Positions 22,467 to 32,661 of a DNA stretch of 63,199 nt are shown here, piece by piece. The notes under the pieces were generated by a model that was not told where the DNA came from, made no database searches, and saw only the letters and a program-made list of their open reading frames with translations. Position 1 is the stretch's first letter; every line of letters starts with the position of its first letter. The stretch is from positions 1 through 63,199 of the forward strand of contig JAQBHB010000026.1 in assembly GCA_032128115.1 (NCBI GenBank), written 5' to 3'. Position numbers and translations under genes: made by a program. This DNA comes from Deltaproteobacteria bacterium (lineage in GTDB: Bacteria; Myxococcota_A; UBA9160; SMWR01).

Positions 22467-23897
22467 TCAGCGCCGCCAGAAGTGGGGATCCAGGATCACG
22501 ATCAGGGTGAAGATCTCGAGTCGCCCGGCGATCATGCAGAACACCAGCACCAGCTTCACCGTCGCCGGAAAGTGCACGAAGGTGTCGGTAGGCCCGATCT
22601 GGCCAAGCGCCGGGCCCACGTTGCCGATGGCGGTGAGCGCGGTGCCGATCGCCGTAACGATGTCATAGCCCGCCGCGGCCACCACGATTGCCGCCCCCCC
22701 GGCAATCGCCAGGTACGCCAGGAAGAAGAGCAGGACGCCGCTCACCACCTCGTCGCCCACCGGCTGGCCGGCATAGCGCACGGTTCGCACCGAGAGCGGG
22801 TGCGACAGGCGGCGGATGAGGACGCGCAGGGCGCGGATGCCGATCAGGAGCCGCAGGGTCTTGAGGCCTCCGCTGGTGGACCCGGCCATGCCCCCGACGA
22901 TCAGCATGGGAATGATCAGGAACCGGGCCAGGGCGGGCCACAGCTCGTAGTCGGCGGTGGTGAAGCCGGTGGTGGTGAGCAGCGACACCACCTGGAATAT
23001 GGCGTCGCGCACCGGATGGTCGGAGCTTCCCTGTTCCACCAGCAGCCACGCAATCACGGCGGAGAATCCCAGCAGCAGGCCCACGTACATGCGCAGCTCG
23101 CTGTCGCGCAAGACGCTTCGGGTTCGCCCGCTGAGCAACCGGTGGTACAGGGCGAAGTTGATGCCCGCCGCCGTCATGAAGACGATCACCACCCATTGCA
23201 CACCCGCGGAGAACGCCTCGATCGACGTGGCCCGCGTGGAGAAGCCGCCCGTCGACATGGTGGTGAGGGCGTGGCACACGGCGTCGAAAGCGTTCATGCC
23301 CAGCAGCCAGAGCAGCAGGCCCGCGGCTGCCGTGAGTCCCACGTAGATCAGCCACAGTCGTTGTGCCGTGGCAGCCACCCGGGGCGTGAGCTTGTCGGTC
23401 ACGGGTCCGGGCATTTCGGCGCGGAAGAGCTGCATGCCACCGATTCCCAACAGCGGCAGCACGGCAATGGTGAAGACGATGATCCCCATGCCGCCGAGCC
23501 ATTGGGTGAGCGAGCGCCAGAAAAGCAGAGCGTGGGGCGCCTGCTCCAGCTGGCTCAGCACGGTCGAGCCGGTGGTGGTGAAGCCCGCCACCGATTCGAA
23601 CAGGGCGTCCACGGGCAGCAGCGCCCCGGACAACAGATAAGGCAGCGCCCCGAAGACGGAGGCCAGCAGCCAGGCGGCGCTGACCACCAGGAATCCATCG
23701 CGGGTGTGGAGACGCTGGTTGGTGGGCTGGACGGACAGGGCCACGGCGAGCCCGTAGACCAGGGAGGTGGCGGCGCTGAAGAGGTACGGGAGCGCCGACT
23801 CGTGGTAGGCATAGGCCACGAGCACTGGCAGGGCCTGGAAGACCGAGAGCCCCACGATCAGCCAACCCAGGATCTTGAGATCGAGCAGGAGGTTCAC
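22467..23897 (-). CDS. trkH: TrkH family potassium uptake protein
   Basis: FESVAGFTTTG, QWLGGMGII, STGGFS, GSTSGGLK, GNVGP, GRLEIF. Confidence 0.96.
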   Translation of the reverse strand: MNLLLDLKILGWLIVGLSVFQALPVLVAYAYHESALPYLFSAATSLVYGLAVALSVQPTNQRLHTRDGFLVVSAAWLLASVFGALPYLLSGALLPVDALFESVAGFTTTGSTVLSQLEQAPHALLFWRSLTQWLGGMGIIVFTIAVLPLLGIGGMQLFRAEMPGPVTDKLTPRVAATAQRLWLIYVGLTAAAGLLLWLLGMNAFDAVCHALTTMSTGGFSTRATSIEAFSAGVQWVVIVFMTAAGINFALYHRLLSGRTRSVLRDSELRMYVGLLLGFSAVIAWLLVEQGSSDHPVRDAIFQVVSLLTTTGFTTADYELWPALARFLIIPMLIVGGMAGSTSGGLKTLRLLIGIRALRVLIRRLSHPLSVRTVRYAGQPVGDEVVSGVLLFFLAYLAIAGGAAIVVAAAGYDIVTAIGTALTAIGNVGPALGQIGPTDTFVHFPATVKLVLVFCMIAGRLEIFTLIVILDPHFWRR

Positions 23898-23912
23898 GCG
23901 CTTGCCCGTTCC

Positions 23913-26747
23913 CTACCCGAACAGCAGCGGCGCAAGCGCCTGCCCGGTGTGACTGGTCGGCTGCTGGGCCACGTCTTCCGGGGTGCCACTTGCGGCGATC
24001 TCGCCGCCCTTCTCGCCTCCCTCGGGGCCCATGTCGATCACATGGTCTGCGGTCTTGATCACGTCCGGGTGGTGCTCGATCACCAGAACCGTGTTTCCCG
24101 CGTCCACGAGTCGGTTCAAAACGTCCAGAAGCTTCTCCACGTCGGCGAAATGGAGTCCGGTGGTGGGTTCATCGAGCAGATACAGGGTCCGACCCGTGCT
24201 CCGGCGCGACAACTCCTTGGCCAGCTTGATGCGCTGGGCCTCGCCGCCCGACAGGGTGGTGGCGGATTGGCCCAGATGCACGTAGTCGAGGCCCACTTCG
24301 TGCAGGGTCTGCAGCGGGCGCTGCACCGACGGAACGTTGCTCATGAAATCGAGTGCCTCCTCCACCGTCATCTCCAGCACGTCCGCGATCGTGCGGCCCT
24401 TGTAGGTGATCTCCAGGGTTTCCCGGTTGTAGCGCCGGCCGCCGCATACTTCACACGTCACGAACAGATCCGGAAGAAAGTGCATCTCGATGCGCAGCAC
24501 GCCGTCGCCCTGGCAGGATTCGCAGCGTCCGCCCTTCACGTTGAACGAGAAGCGACCCTTGGTGTAGCCGCGAACCCGGGCTTCGGGCACCTGGCTGAAA
24601 AGGTTCCGCACGCCGCCCAGGATCCCGGTATAGGTAGCGGGGTTGGAGCGCGGGGTACGGCCGATCGGGGACTGGTCGACGTTGATCACCTTGTCGATGT
24701 ATTCGAGCCCCGACAGGCGTTCGAAGCGGCCGGGAATCTCGCGGGCCCGGTAGAGGCGCGCCGACAGCGCCCGGTACAGGGTGTCGTTCACCAGTGTCGA
24801 CTTGCCGGAACCCGAGACGCCCGTCACCACGGTGAAGACACCCAGGGGCACACGGAGAGTCACGTTCTTCAGGTTGTGGGCGCGGCAGCCGGTGAGCACC
24901 AGAGCGCGCTTGCCGGGTGGACGGCGCCGGGCCGGCACCGGGATGCGCCGCCGCCCGGACAGAAAGGCGCCGGTGAGGGAGTCCTCGTTGGCCATGATGT
25001 CGGCTGGGGATCCCTGGGCCACGATGCGGCCGCCGTGGATCCCCGCCCCCGGGCCCATGTCGAGCACGAAGTCTGCCGCGCGGATGGTGTCTTCGTCGTG
25101 CTCCACCACCAATACGCTGTTGCCCAGGTCGCGCAGGCGCCGGAGGCTCTCCAACAGGCGTCCGTTGTCCCTGGGGTGCAGGCCGATGGAGGGCTCGTCC
25201 AGGATGTAGAGCACGCCCATCAGGCTGGATCCCACCTGGGTGGCGAGGCGGATGCGCTGTCCCTCGCCGCCCGAAAGCGTGGCGCTGGCCCGATCGAGGC
25301 TGAGATAGCCGAGTCCCACGTCGACCAGGAAACCCAGGCGGTCGCGGATCTCCTTCACCACACGCTCGGCGATGGTCTGCTGAGACGCCGAGAGCTCGAG
25401 ACCGTCGATGAAGCGAACCGCCTCAGCCACCGATAGCCGTGCCGCGTCGGCGATCGAGCGCCCTGCGAGCATCACGCTCCGCGCCTCGCTGCGCAGGCGC
25501 GAGCCGTCGCAGTCCGGGCAATCCCGCCCGCTGCGAAATCTCGCCAGCTCGTCCCGGTCGGCTTCGCTCCCCGCTTCGTAGCGGCGCGCAAGGTCGCCCA
25601 TCACCCCGTCCCAGCGGCGCATGAAGGAAGCGCCCTTGCCGCGCTTCTCGAAGGAGAACTCGATCTCCTCCGCGCCGGAACCGAACAGGATGGCCCGGCG
25701 CGCGGCCTTGGGAAGCGCGCGCCAGGGCGTCTCCAGGTCGAGCCTGTAGTGGACTGCCAGGGCCTCCAGCAGGCGCCCGTAGTAGCGCGCCGTGCGCCGC
25801 CCGCTCCAGGCCTCGACGGCGCCGCCGCCGAGTGATTTCGATTCGTCGGGAACCACGCGCTCCGGGTCGAACTCCTCTCGGGTGCCCAGCCCCGAGCAGC
25901 CCGGGCAGGCACCGTGGGGGCTGTTGAAGGAGAACAGCCGCGGCGAGATCTCCGGGTACGAGACGCCGCAGTCGACGCAGGCGTTGCGCTCCGAAAGCAG
26001 CCACTCGCGATCTCCGGGTCCGATGTCCACCACCACCAGGCCGTCGGAAAGGCGCAGCGCCGTCTCGACGGATTCGGCGATGCGGCCGCGGGCCGACGCG
26101 CGGGCCACGAGTCGGTCCACCACCACGTCGATGGAGTGCTTCGACCGCTTCGAGAGCGCGATCTCGTCGGAGAGTTCCACCAGCCCGCCGTCGATGCGCG
26201 CGCGCACGAATCCCTGGCGTCGCCAGGACTCGAGCTCCTTGCGGTACTCGCCCTTGCGGTCGCGCACCACCGGTGCGAGCACCTGGAGCTTCGTGTTCTC
26301 GGGAAGCTCGAGCACGCGATCGGTCATCTGCTGCAGGGTCTGACTCGCGATGGGGCGTCCGCACGAGTAGCAGTGGGGGTGCCCCACTCGTGCGTAGAGC
26401 AGGCGCAGATAGTCGGCGATCTCGGTGATGGTGCCAACGGTGGAGCGAGGATTGCGTCCCACGCTTCGCTGTTCGATGGCGATCGCCGGCGACAGGCCCT
26501 CGATGGAGTCCAGATCGGGCTTGCTCATCTGCTCCAGGAACTGGCGCGCATAGGCCGAGAGCGATTCCACGTAACGTCGCTGCCCCTCGGCGTAGATGGT
26601 GTCGAAGGCGAGTGACGACTTGCCGGATCCGGACAGGCCGGTGATCACCACCAGCTGATCGCGCGGGATCTGGACGTCGATGTCGCACAGATTGTGCTCG
26701 CGTGCGCCCCGGATGAGGATGTGGGTGAGGGCAGAGGGTTCGGTCAC
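23913..26747 (-). CDS. uvrA: Excinuclease ABC subunit UvrA
   Basis: GAREHNL, GLSGSGKSSLAFDT, two ABC cassettes, zinc-finger CxxC pairs; GTG start overlaps the upstream stop. Confidence 0.98.
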   Translation of the reverse strand: MTEPSALTHILIRGAREHNLCDIDVQIPRDQLVVITGLSGSGKSSLAFDTIYAEGQRRYVESLSAYARQFLEQMSKPDLDSIEGLSPAIAIEQRSVGRNPRSTVGTITEIADYLRLLYARVGHPHCYSCGRPIASQTLQQMTDRVLELPENTKLQVLAPVVRDRKGEYRKELESWRRQGFVRARIDGGLVELSDEIALSKRSKHSIDVVVDRLVARASARGRIAESVETALRLSDGLVVVDIGPGDREWLLSERNACVDCGVSYPEISPRLFSFNSPHGACPGCSGLGTREEFDPERVVPDESKSLGGGAVEAWSGRRTARYYGRLLEALAVHYRLDLETPWRALPKAARRAILFGSGAEEIEFSFEKRGKGASFMRRWDGVMGDLARRYEAGSEADRDELARFRSGRDCPDCDGSRLRSEARSVMLAGRSIADAARLSVAEAVRFIDGLELSASQQTIAERVVKEIRDRLGFLVDVGLGYLSLDRASATLSGGEGQRIRLATQVGSSLMGVLYILDEPSIGLHPRDNGRLLESLRRLRDLGNSVLVVEHDEDTIRAADFVLDMGPGAGIHGGRIVAQGSPADIMANEDSLTGAFLSGRRRIPVPARRRPPGKRALVLTGCRAHNLKNVTLRVPLGVFTVVTGVSGSGKSTLVNDTLYRALSARLYRAREIPGRFERLSGLEYIDKVINVDQSPIGRTPRSNPATYTGILGGVRNLFSQVPEARVRGYTKGRFSFNVKGGRCESCQGDGVLRIEMHFLPDLFVTCEVCGGRRYNRETLEITYKGRTIADVLEMTVEEALDFMSNVPSVQRPLQTLHEVGLDYVHLGQSATTLSGGEAQRIKLAKELSRRSTGRTLYLLDEPTTGLHFADVEKLLDVLNRLVDAGNTVLVIEHHPDVIKTADHVIDMGPEGGEKGGEIAASGTPEDVAQQPTSHTGQALAPLLFG

Positions 26748-27790
26748 GGATTGCGGCGGGTGCCGGCGTCGTTCGAAGAGCTGCCCAGCTCGGCAGCCGC
26801 GGCGAAGTAACCGCGCCGCTGGATGAAGGTCTTCTCGCGCAGCTCTTCGAGCCAGTTGCCGTACTCGATGGCCATCTGCTTCTCGAAGATCTCCTGCTCG
26901 AGGGCCGGCTTCGCCTCCTCGTAGGCGACGAAGGTGTACTCCTTGACCTCCAGCAGCTGAAACAGGCTCCAGCCCATGGGAAGCTCGATCACCTCGCTGG
27001 TCTGCCCCAACGCGAGCTGGGAAACGGCGGCCCACAGCGGCTCCGACAGCCGCTCCACCGGAAGCCAGCCCAGATCGCCGCCCTTGGTGGCCGCCACGGA
27101 CGACATCTGGGACGCCACCACCTCGAAACGTTCACCCTCGGCGATCCTGTGGGCGGCCTGCTCGATCCGCTGGCGCGCCGTCTGCTTGTCGATGCCCGCC
27201 TCGGCGCCGAACAACACCAGGATCTGGCGCAGGTGTGCCACCTGGCCCCCCGCCGGCTGGTCGCCGTAGCGACGCTGGTAGAGGTCCCTCACCTGCTGCT
27301 CCTCCACCACGACCTTGTACCGGACCATGGTGCCCATCACCCGGTGCTGCTCGAGTTCGCGCCTGATCTGGCTGCGGTATTCCGGGTAGTTGAGACCGTG
27401 GCCCTGCAGGCTCTGCTTCAGCTGGTCGAGGCTGATGCCGTTCTCGTCCGCGATGCCCTGGATGGCCGTGTCCACCTCCTCGTCCGTGGCCTGGAGATCG
27501 AATCGCCTGACGATCTGCTCGATCAAGCGCCACTCGATCATGCGCTCGAGTCCCTCGGCTCGCAGCTTGGCGATCTCGTTCTCGGGGGCGCCAAGCTCGC
27601 GCATCTGCCGCTCGGCGGGCTCGACCATGGACATCACTTCCGAGACCAGCACGATGTCGCTGCCCACCTGGGCGGCCACTCCGTCCACCAGGATCTCGTC
27701 GGACCCGGCCGGTGCCGCCACGAGGATCGAGGCGATCAGGCCGATGCCGAGTGCGAATCCGATCGTGCGCGGCAGCCCGCACTGCGCCAT
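26744..27790 (-). CDS. SurA-like periplasmic chaperone / parvulin peptidyl-prolyl isomerase
   Basis: Signal peptide, VDGVAAQVGSDIVLVSEV SurA N-terminus, HLRQIL, GGDLGW. Confidence 0.88.
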   Translation of the reverse strand: MAQCGLPRTIGFALGIGLIASILVAAPAGSDEILVDGVAAQVGSDIVLVSEVMSMVEPAERQMRELGAPENEIAKLRAEGLERMIEWRLIEQIVRRFDLQATDEEVDTAIQGIADENGISLDQLKQSLQGHGLNYPEYRSQIRRELEQHRVMGTMVRYKVVVEEQQVRDLYQRRYGDQPAGGQVAHLRQILVLFGAEAGIDKQTARQRIEQAAHRIAEGERFEVVASQMSSVAATKGGDLGWLPVERLSEPLWAAVSQLALGQTSEVIELPMGWSLFQLLEVKEYTFVAYEEAKPALEQEIFEKQMAIEYGNWLEELREKTFIQRRGYFAAAAELGSSSNDAGTRRNP

Positions 27791-27891
27791 GAGGTGAGCT
27801 CCGGGAATTCCTGGGACGGGCAACCCGGATGGTAGCCCGCCATCCGGCCCGAAACGACGCGGCGAGCGGGGCTCGGCTACGTTCCGGGGTC

Positions 27892-29871
27892 ATGCGGTGG
27901 TCCTGGCGTCGCGCCCAGCAATGGGGAGCCGTCGCCCTGGTGTTGTTGCCGGTTGGCTTCGTGTTTCTGCGCTGCACCGCATCGCCGGAGATCTCCTTCG
28001 TCTGGCAGTCGTCCCAGGCCCCCTGGATCAGCGCGGCTCGCCCCGTGTCCGCCCTGCTCCAGCAGTGGGGCCGCACGCAGATCCCGGTCGACGGCTTCGA
28101 GCGGGGATTCCAGGCGGGGTCCGATGCGCGCCCGGTGGTGGTTCACCTGCGCGCCCTGCGCCGGTTCCGCCTGTTCGTGAACGGCGAGTTCGTGGGCGGG
28201 AGCGAACCCGGCGCCGACTGGCGCCGGGAGTCGCGGATCGACATCAGCTCGCAGATCCGCGCCGGCGAGAACGCCATCCGCGTGGACGTGGAGAACGGGA
28301 CCGGGCCTCCGCTGCTCTCGTTGCGCACGGAGGGGCTCGGAATCCCGATGCTATCGGACGCCACCTGGGAGGTGGTGTCGGACGGCATCCGGCTGGGACC
28401 GGCGCGGGTCGCGGACGACACCCGGGTCGGCCCGGAACGGCTCGGGGTGCCGAAGCCGGCGCGCGTGTTGGTGGAGCGCCGCGACACCGTGCTGCTGCTG
28501 TTCACCCTGGGCGTGTTGGGGTTCTTTGCCTGGCAGCGGCTCGCGAAGACCGCGGCTGCGCGCTGGCTCCCGGCACTGGGTCTCGGGATGCTGGGGCTCG
28601 TCTGGCTCGCGCTCTTCGTGATGCGCTTCGCCGGGATCCCCCTGAACGTGGGATTCGACGCCAACCATCACCTGGCGTACCTGGAATTCCTGCGCGAGCA
28701 CGAAGCACTTCCGCTCCCAAGCGATGGCTGGTCCACGTACCAGCCGCCGCTGTTCTATCTGCTTTCAGCCGGAGTGCTCTGGCTGGCGCCGGCATCCGAG
28801 TCGGCCCAGGCCGTGGCGCTCAAGCTGCTGCCATTCGGGTGCGGGCTCGGGAGCGTGCTCGTGGCGCTGTTGCTGGCGCGGCGCCTGTTTCCCCGCGAGC
28901 CGCGAGTGGCCGGCTTCGCCGTGTTGTTCGCGGCGGTGCTGCCCATGAATCTGTATGGCTCGGCCTACTTCTCGAACGAGATGCCTCACGCCTTCGCGGT
29001 GGGCCTCGCGCTGCTCGCTACCGTCGCGGCCCTGCTCGCCCGGCGAACGAGTCTGGCCCAGACCGTGGTCGTCGGGGTGCTGTTCGGAATCGCGGCCCTC
29101 AGCAAGTTCACGGCGCTGGCGCTGCTGCCCGTGGCGCTGCTCTTCGTGGCCTGCAAACCGCTGGCGGTCGAGGGCGGCGCGATCTCGCGTGCGGCGAGCC
29201 TGGTGGCGGTGTGCGCGCTGGCCGCGATCGCGGTGGCTGGCTGGTACTATGCCCGCAACTGGATCGAGTTGGGTCGCCCGCTCGTCGGAAACTGGGCGCT
29301 TTCGGACCCCGGACAGACCTGGTGGCAGCAGCCTGGCTTCCACACCTGGGCCTACTACACCGGGTTCGGTGAATCGCTGCGCCATCCCTACCAGTCGGGC
29401 TTCTACTCCTTCTGGGACGGCATCTACTCCACGTTCTGGGGCGACGGCGGCATCGCCGGACGCGCCTTCCCGCGTGATCGGCACGAGCACTGGAACTATG
29501 ACTTCATGTCCCTGGGGTATCTGGTCGCGCTGCCGGCCACGCTGCTGCTGCTGTTCGGCGTCGTGCGTGCGCTGTCTCTGGCCCTGTCTGCGGGCGACGC
29601 CCGGCTCCGGCTGTGTCTTTCGTTCCTGCTGACGGCGGCGTGGGCCATGGGATTTTCGATCCTGGCCATGACCGTGCAGCTGCCCTACTTCGCCCAGGCC
29701 AAGGCGTTCTACGGATTGTGCATGGGAGCGCCGCTGGCGCTCTTCTTCGCTTTGGGCGCGACACGCGTCGATGACGCTCTGAGCGACCGACGCTGGCTCG
29801 CTCTTCGCGTCGGCTTCTACGCCTGGCTCTTCCTGTTCGCGAGCGTCCTGATCCTGTCGTTCTCTGCTTGA
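27892..29871 (+). CDS. Multi-pass membrane glycosyltransferase (GT-C, ArnT/PMT-like) with an extracytoplasmic beta-sandwich domain
   Basis: GFDANHH, YQPPLFY, SNE, ALSKF, WYYARNW motifs; N-terminal LFVNG...DISSQIRAGENAIRVDV resembles galactose-binding-like domains. Confidence 0.65.
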   Translation: MRWSWRRAQQWGAVALVLLPVGFVFLRCTASPEISFVWQSSQAPWISAARPVSALLQQWGRTQIPVDGFERGFQAGSDARPVVVHLRALRRFRLFVNGEFVGGSEPGADWRRESRIDISSQIRAGENAIRVDVENGTGPPLLSLRTEGLGIPMLSDATWEVVSDGIRLGPARVADDTRVGPERLGVPKPARVLVERRDTVLLLFTLGVLGFFAWQRLAKTAAARWLPALGLGMLGLVWLALFVMRFAGIPLNVGFDANHHLAYLEFLREHEALPLPSDGWSTYQPPLFYLLSAGVLWLAPASESAQAVALKLLPFGCGLGSVLVALLLARRLFPREPRVAGFAVLFAAVLPMNLYGSAYFSNEMPHAFAVGLALLATVAALLARRTSLAQTVVVGVLFGIAALSKFTALALLPVALLFVACKPLAVEGGAISRAASLVAVCALAAIAVAGWYYARNWIELGRPLVGNWALSDPGQTWWQQPGFHTWAYYTGFGESLRHPYQSGFYSFWDGIYSTFWGDGGIAGRAFPRDRHEHWNYDFMSLGYLVALPATLLLLFGVVRALSLALSAGDARLRLCLSFLLTAAWAMGFSILAMTVQLPYFAQAKAFYGLCMGAPLALFFALGATRVDDALSDRRWLALRVGFYAWLFLFASVLILSFSA

Positions 29872-30608
29872 TCCGGAAACAGTTCGGCGATGCTCGATTG
29901 GATCGCCTCGGCTGCGCTGCGCGGATTGGCTGCGTCGCGGATCGGACGACCCACCACGATGTAGTCGCAGCCGTTCAGGAAGGCGTCGCGCACCGTCACC
30001 ACGCGCTTCTGGTCGTCCAGCGGCCGGTTCTCCACGGGCCGGATGCCGGGGGAAACCACCACCAGGCGATCGCCCAGGGATTCGCGCAGCGCCTTCACTT
30101 CCATCCCGGAGGAGATCACGCCGTCGCAGCCCAGAGCCAGTGCGCGTTTCGCCCGCGAGAGCACGAGCTTTTGCGGTGAGACACTGAATCCCAGATCCCG
30201 CAGATCGCCCTGGTCGAGACTGGTGAGTACGGTGACCGCCAGGATCTTCAGAGATCCCTTCTCGCGACAGGCGGCTTCCAACATGGCGTCGTTGCCGTGC
30301 ACGCTGGCGAAGGTGGCCCCCCGGTCGCGCAGGCGCGCCACGGCCGCGGCCACCGTCTGGGGAACGTCGAAGAATTTGAGATCGACAAAGACCTGCTTGC
30401 CCCGCTCCAGCAGATCGCCAAGCAGCTCGAAGTAGCCGCCGGCCATGAACAGCTCGAGGCCCATCTTGTAGAACGAGACCGAGTCGCCCAGCTCGTCCAC
30501 CAGGCGCCGCGCCGGTTCGGGGCCGGGCACGTCCAGTGCGAAGATCAGGCGCTCGCGGGCGGGAATGGCCTGGCTCGAGAGCCTCTGGGGGTCTGCTTCC
30601 GGGGTCAT
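29817..30608 (-). CDS. pyrF: Orotidine-5'-phosphate decarboxylase
   Basis: LIFALD, DLKFFDVPQTV, VTVLTS, PGIRP, DDQKRV, VVGRPI; 3' end overlaps the convergent gene by 55 bp. Confidence 0.97.
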   Translation of the reverse strand: MTPEADPQRLSSQAIPARERLIFALDVPGPEPARRLVDELGDSVSFYKMGLELFMAGGYFELLGDLLERGKQVFVDLKFFDVPQTVAAAVARLRDRGATFASVHGNDAMLEAACREKGSLKILAVTVLTSLDQGDLRDLGFSVSPQKLVLSRAKRALALGCDGVISSGMEVKALRESLGDRLVVVSPGIRPVENRPLDDQKRVVTVRDAFLNGCDYIVVGRPIRDAANPRSAAEAIQSSIAELFPDQAENDRIRTLANRKSQA

Positions 30609-30641
30609 GGGGTCGATCCCGACCGTATCACAGGCCCTGGA

Positions 30642-30695
30642 GATTGGCCCCCGGATGGTGCCATTGATTGGCCCTTCAAGAACCGCATTGGATCC
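30642..30695. promoter_or_regulatory. Putative MocR-type operator direct repeats
   Basis: GATTGGCCC at 30642 and 30666, plus CATTGGATCC at 30686, just upstream of the regulator. Confidence 0.5.
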
Positions 30696-30709
30696 ATTAA
30701 CCTCGGATC

Positions 30710-32236
30710 ATGCTGGATCTGGCATTCCAGGCGGACCGCACCCGACCCGAGCCGGTCTACCGGCAGCTCGAGGACTTCCTGCGCGAGCTGATCGCGACCC
30801 GCCGCCTGGCCCCCGGCGAGCGCCTGCCCTCGAGCCGCGAGCTGGCCCGGACCCTGGGTCTATCGCGAAACACGGTGAACCTGGCCTTCGACGCCCTGGC
30901 CGAGGACGGGATGCTGCACTCCCACGTGGGTCGGGGGACGTTCGTGGTCGGCGACGCGGCGCAGGCCACGCGCCCCTTGTTGCGTTCGGTGGGAACGCGC
31001 TCGGCGGAGAAACCGCGCCGGGGCTTCGCCTGGGGAGGGCTCTTCGCGCGTCGCACCCGGGCCGTGAAGCTCCCCGACGCTTTTCACGAGGCCACGCCCC
31101 CCGACCCGCGCTTCGACTTCCGAGGGGGCCAGGTGGATCTCGGAACCCTTCCGAAAGGGGAATTGAAGAGCGCCTTTTCCAGGGCGCTCAGTCGTGACCT
31201 GCCCCGCCTCGCCGACGTTGCGGATCCCCGCGGCTGGCCGCCCCTGCGCGAGGCGATCGCACACTCGCTGGTGGCCCGGGGCATCCAATGCGACGCCGAC
31301 GAGGTGGCCGTCGTGAACGGCGCCCAGCAGGCCCTGGACCTGGTGGCCCGGGTGCTCGTGGATCCCGGAGACACGGTGGCCATGGAGCAGCCCGGGTACT
31401 TCGGCGGCGCACTCGCCTTCTCGGCTTCGGAAGCCCATCTCGTGGGCGTGGGCGTCGACGCGGAGGGCATGCGCACTGACGAACTGGCCCGCCTTTTGCG
31501 CGCGCGCCGGGTAAAGCTCGTCTACACCACGCCGGCGGTTCAATCGCCCACGGGTGTCGTGATGAGCGATTCGCGGCGTCGACACCTGCTGGCCCTGGCC
31601 GACGAGTACCAGGTGCCCCTGGTGGAGGACGACTACGACAGCGAACTCCGCTACGGCAGGCCTCCCGTGCCCGCCCTCAAGAACCTCGACGAGGCGGGAC
31701 AGGTGGTCTACGTGGGCACCTTCTCGAAGGCACTCTTCGCGGGATTGCGCGTGGGTTACGTGGTGGCTGCGCGCCCGTTGATCTGGCGGTTGGTTCTCTC
31801 GCGCTGGGCCTCGGACTTCAACACCGACACGGTGACGCAAGCGGCGCTTGCCCAGCTGCTGGCCGGCGGTGGCCTCGAACGTCACGTGCGCCGACAGCGG
31901 CGGCTGTATGCTTCGCGCCGCGAGGCGCTGCTCGCAGCTCTGGCCCATCGCATGCCCGAAGGCACGCGGTGGATCGAGCCCGCCGGCGGCAACGCCGTGT
32001 GGGTCACGCTGCCCGACGGCAGCGACGGGCGCGCGGTGTGTGCCGCGGCTCGCGAACGCGGCATCGCCTACGCCACCGGTGACCTGTTCTTTCTCGACGG
32101 CTCGGGCCACGAGCACCTCAGCCTGTGTTTCGGGCGTGTGGAAGCCGAACGCATGGACGAGGGCATCCGTGAGCTCGCATCCCTTGTGAAGCGAGAAAAG
32201 GCGCGCGCACGCCGCAGCGCCGGGAGGTCCGCATGA
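30710..32236 (+). CDS. MocR/GabR family regulator (GntR wHTH + PLP aminotransferase-like domain)
   Basis: PGERLPSSRELA...SRNTV, GRGTFV, GAQQAL, EDDYDSE, GTFSK with PLP Lys. Confidence 0.96.
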   Translation: MLDLAFQADRTRPEPVYRQLEDFLRELIATRRLAPGERLPSSRELARTLGLSRNTVNLAFDALAEDGMLHSHVGRGTFVVGDAAQATRPLLRSVGTRSAEKPRRGFAWGGLFARRTRAVKLPDAFHEATPPDPRFDFRGGQVDLGTLPKGELKSAFSRALSRDLPRLADVADPRGWPPLREAIAHSLVARGIQCDADEVAVVNGAQQALDLVARVLVDPGDTVAMEQPGYFGGALAFSASEAHLVGVGVDAEGMRTDELARLLRARRVKLVYTTPAVQSPTGVVMSDSRRRHLLALADEYQVPLVEDDYDSELRYGRPPVPALKNLDEAGQVVYVGTFSKALFAGLRVGYVVAARPLIWRLVLSRWASDFNTDTVTQAALAQLLAGGGLERHVRRQRRLYASRREALLAALAHRMPEGTRWIEPAGGNAVWVTLPDGSDGRAVCAAARERGIAYATGDLFFLDGSGHEHLSLCFGRVEAERMDEGIRELASLVKREKARARRSAGRSA

Positions 32237-32661
32237 TTCGACGCCTGGATGCCTGGGGATGGCTCTTCCTGATCTTCGGAAGCGTCGGCCTCGCCAACGC
32301 CCTCTGGATGTTTGCCGACCCGCTGCGCTGGTATCACGATCTTCCGGCGGGGGTTCCAGACTTCGGGCCCTTCAATCCCCACTTCGTGCGCGACATCGGC
32401 TGCGCCTTTGCGGCCGTGGGGATCGCCCAGATCTGGGCGGCTTTCTCACTGCGATTCCGGATTCCGTTGATCAGCGTGTCGGCGATCTTCCTGATCGCCC
32501 ATGCGCTGCTTCACATCTTCGACACGGCCACCGGCGCCGTCGAGCCCCATCACTGGTGGCTCGACATGCCCGGGGTCTACCTGCCCGCCGTGGTGATGGG
32601 AGTATCCATCGCGATCCTGGTGCGAAGCGAAGGAGGACCGCATGCGACTCGAACCGATTGA
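32233..32661 (+). CDS. Small four-TM membrane protein of unknown function
   Basis: Hydrophobic segments with a GPFNPHFVRDIG loop; ATGA overlap with the MocR gene. Confidence 0.75.
   Translation: MIRRLDAWGWLFLIFGSVGLANALWMFADPLRWYHDLPAGVPDFGPFNPHFVRDIGCAFAAVGIAQIWAAFSLRFRIPLISVSAIFLIAHALLHIFDTATGAVEPHHWWLDMPGVYLPAVVMGVSIAILVRSEGGPHATRTD

Noticed and set aside
22482..25436. 984-aa plus-strand ORF
   Set aside because: Antisense shadow of trkH/uvrA in high-GC DNA; no recognisable motifs
26748..27035. N-terminal extension of UvrA in the ORF track (similarly atpG, atpF, GH20, GT2, GMC)
   Set aside because: Extensions overlap neighbouring real genes; coupled or adjacent starts explain the true N-termini
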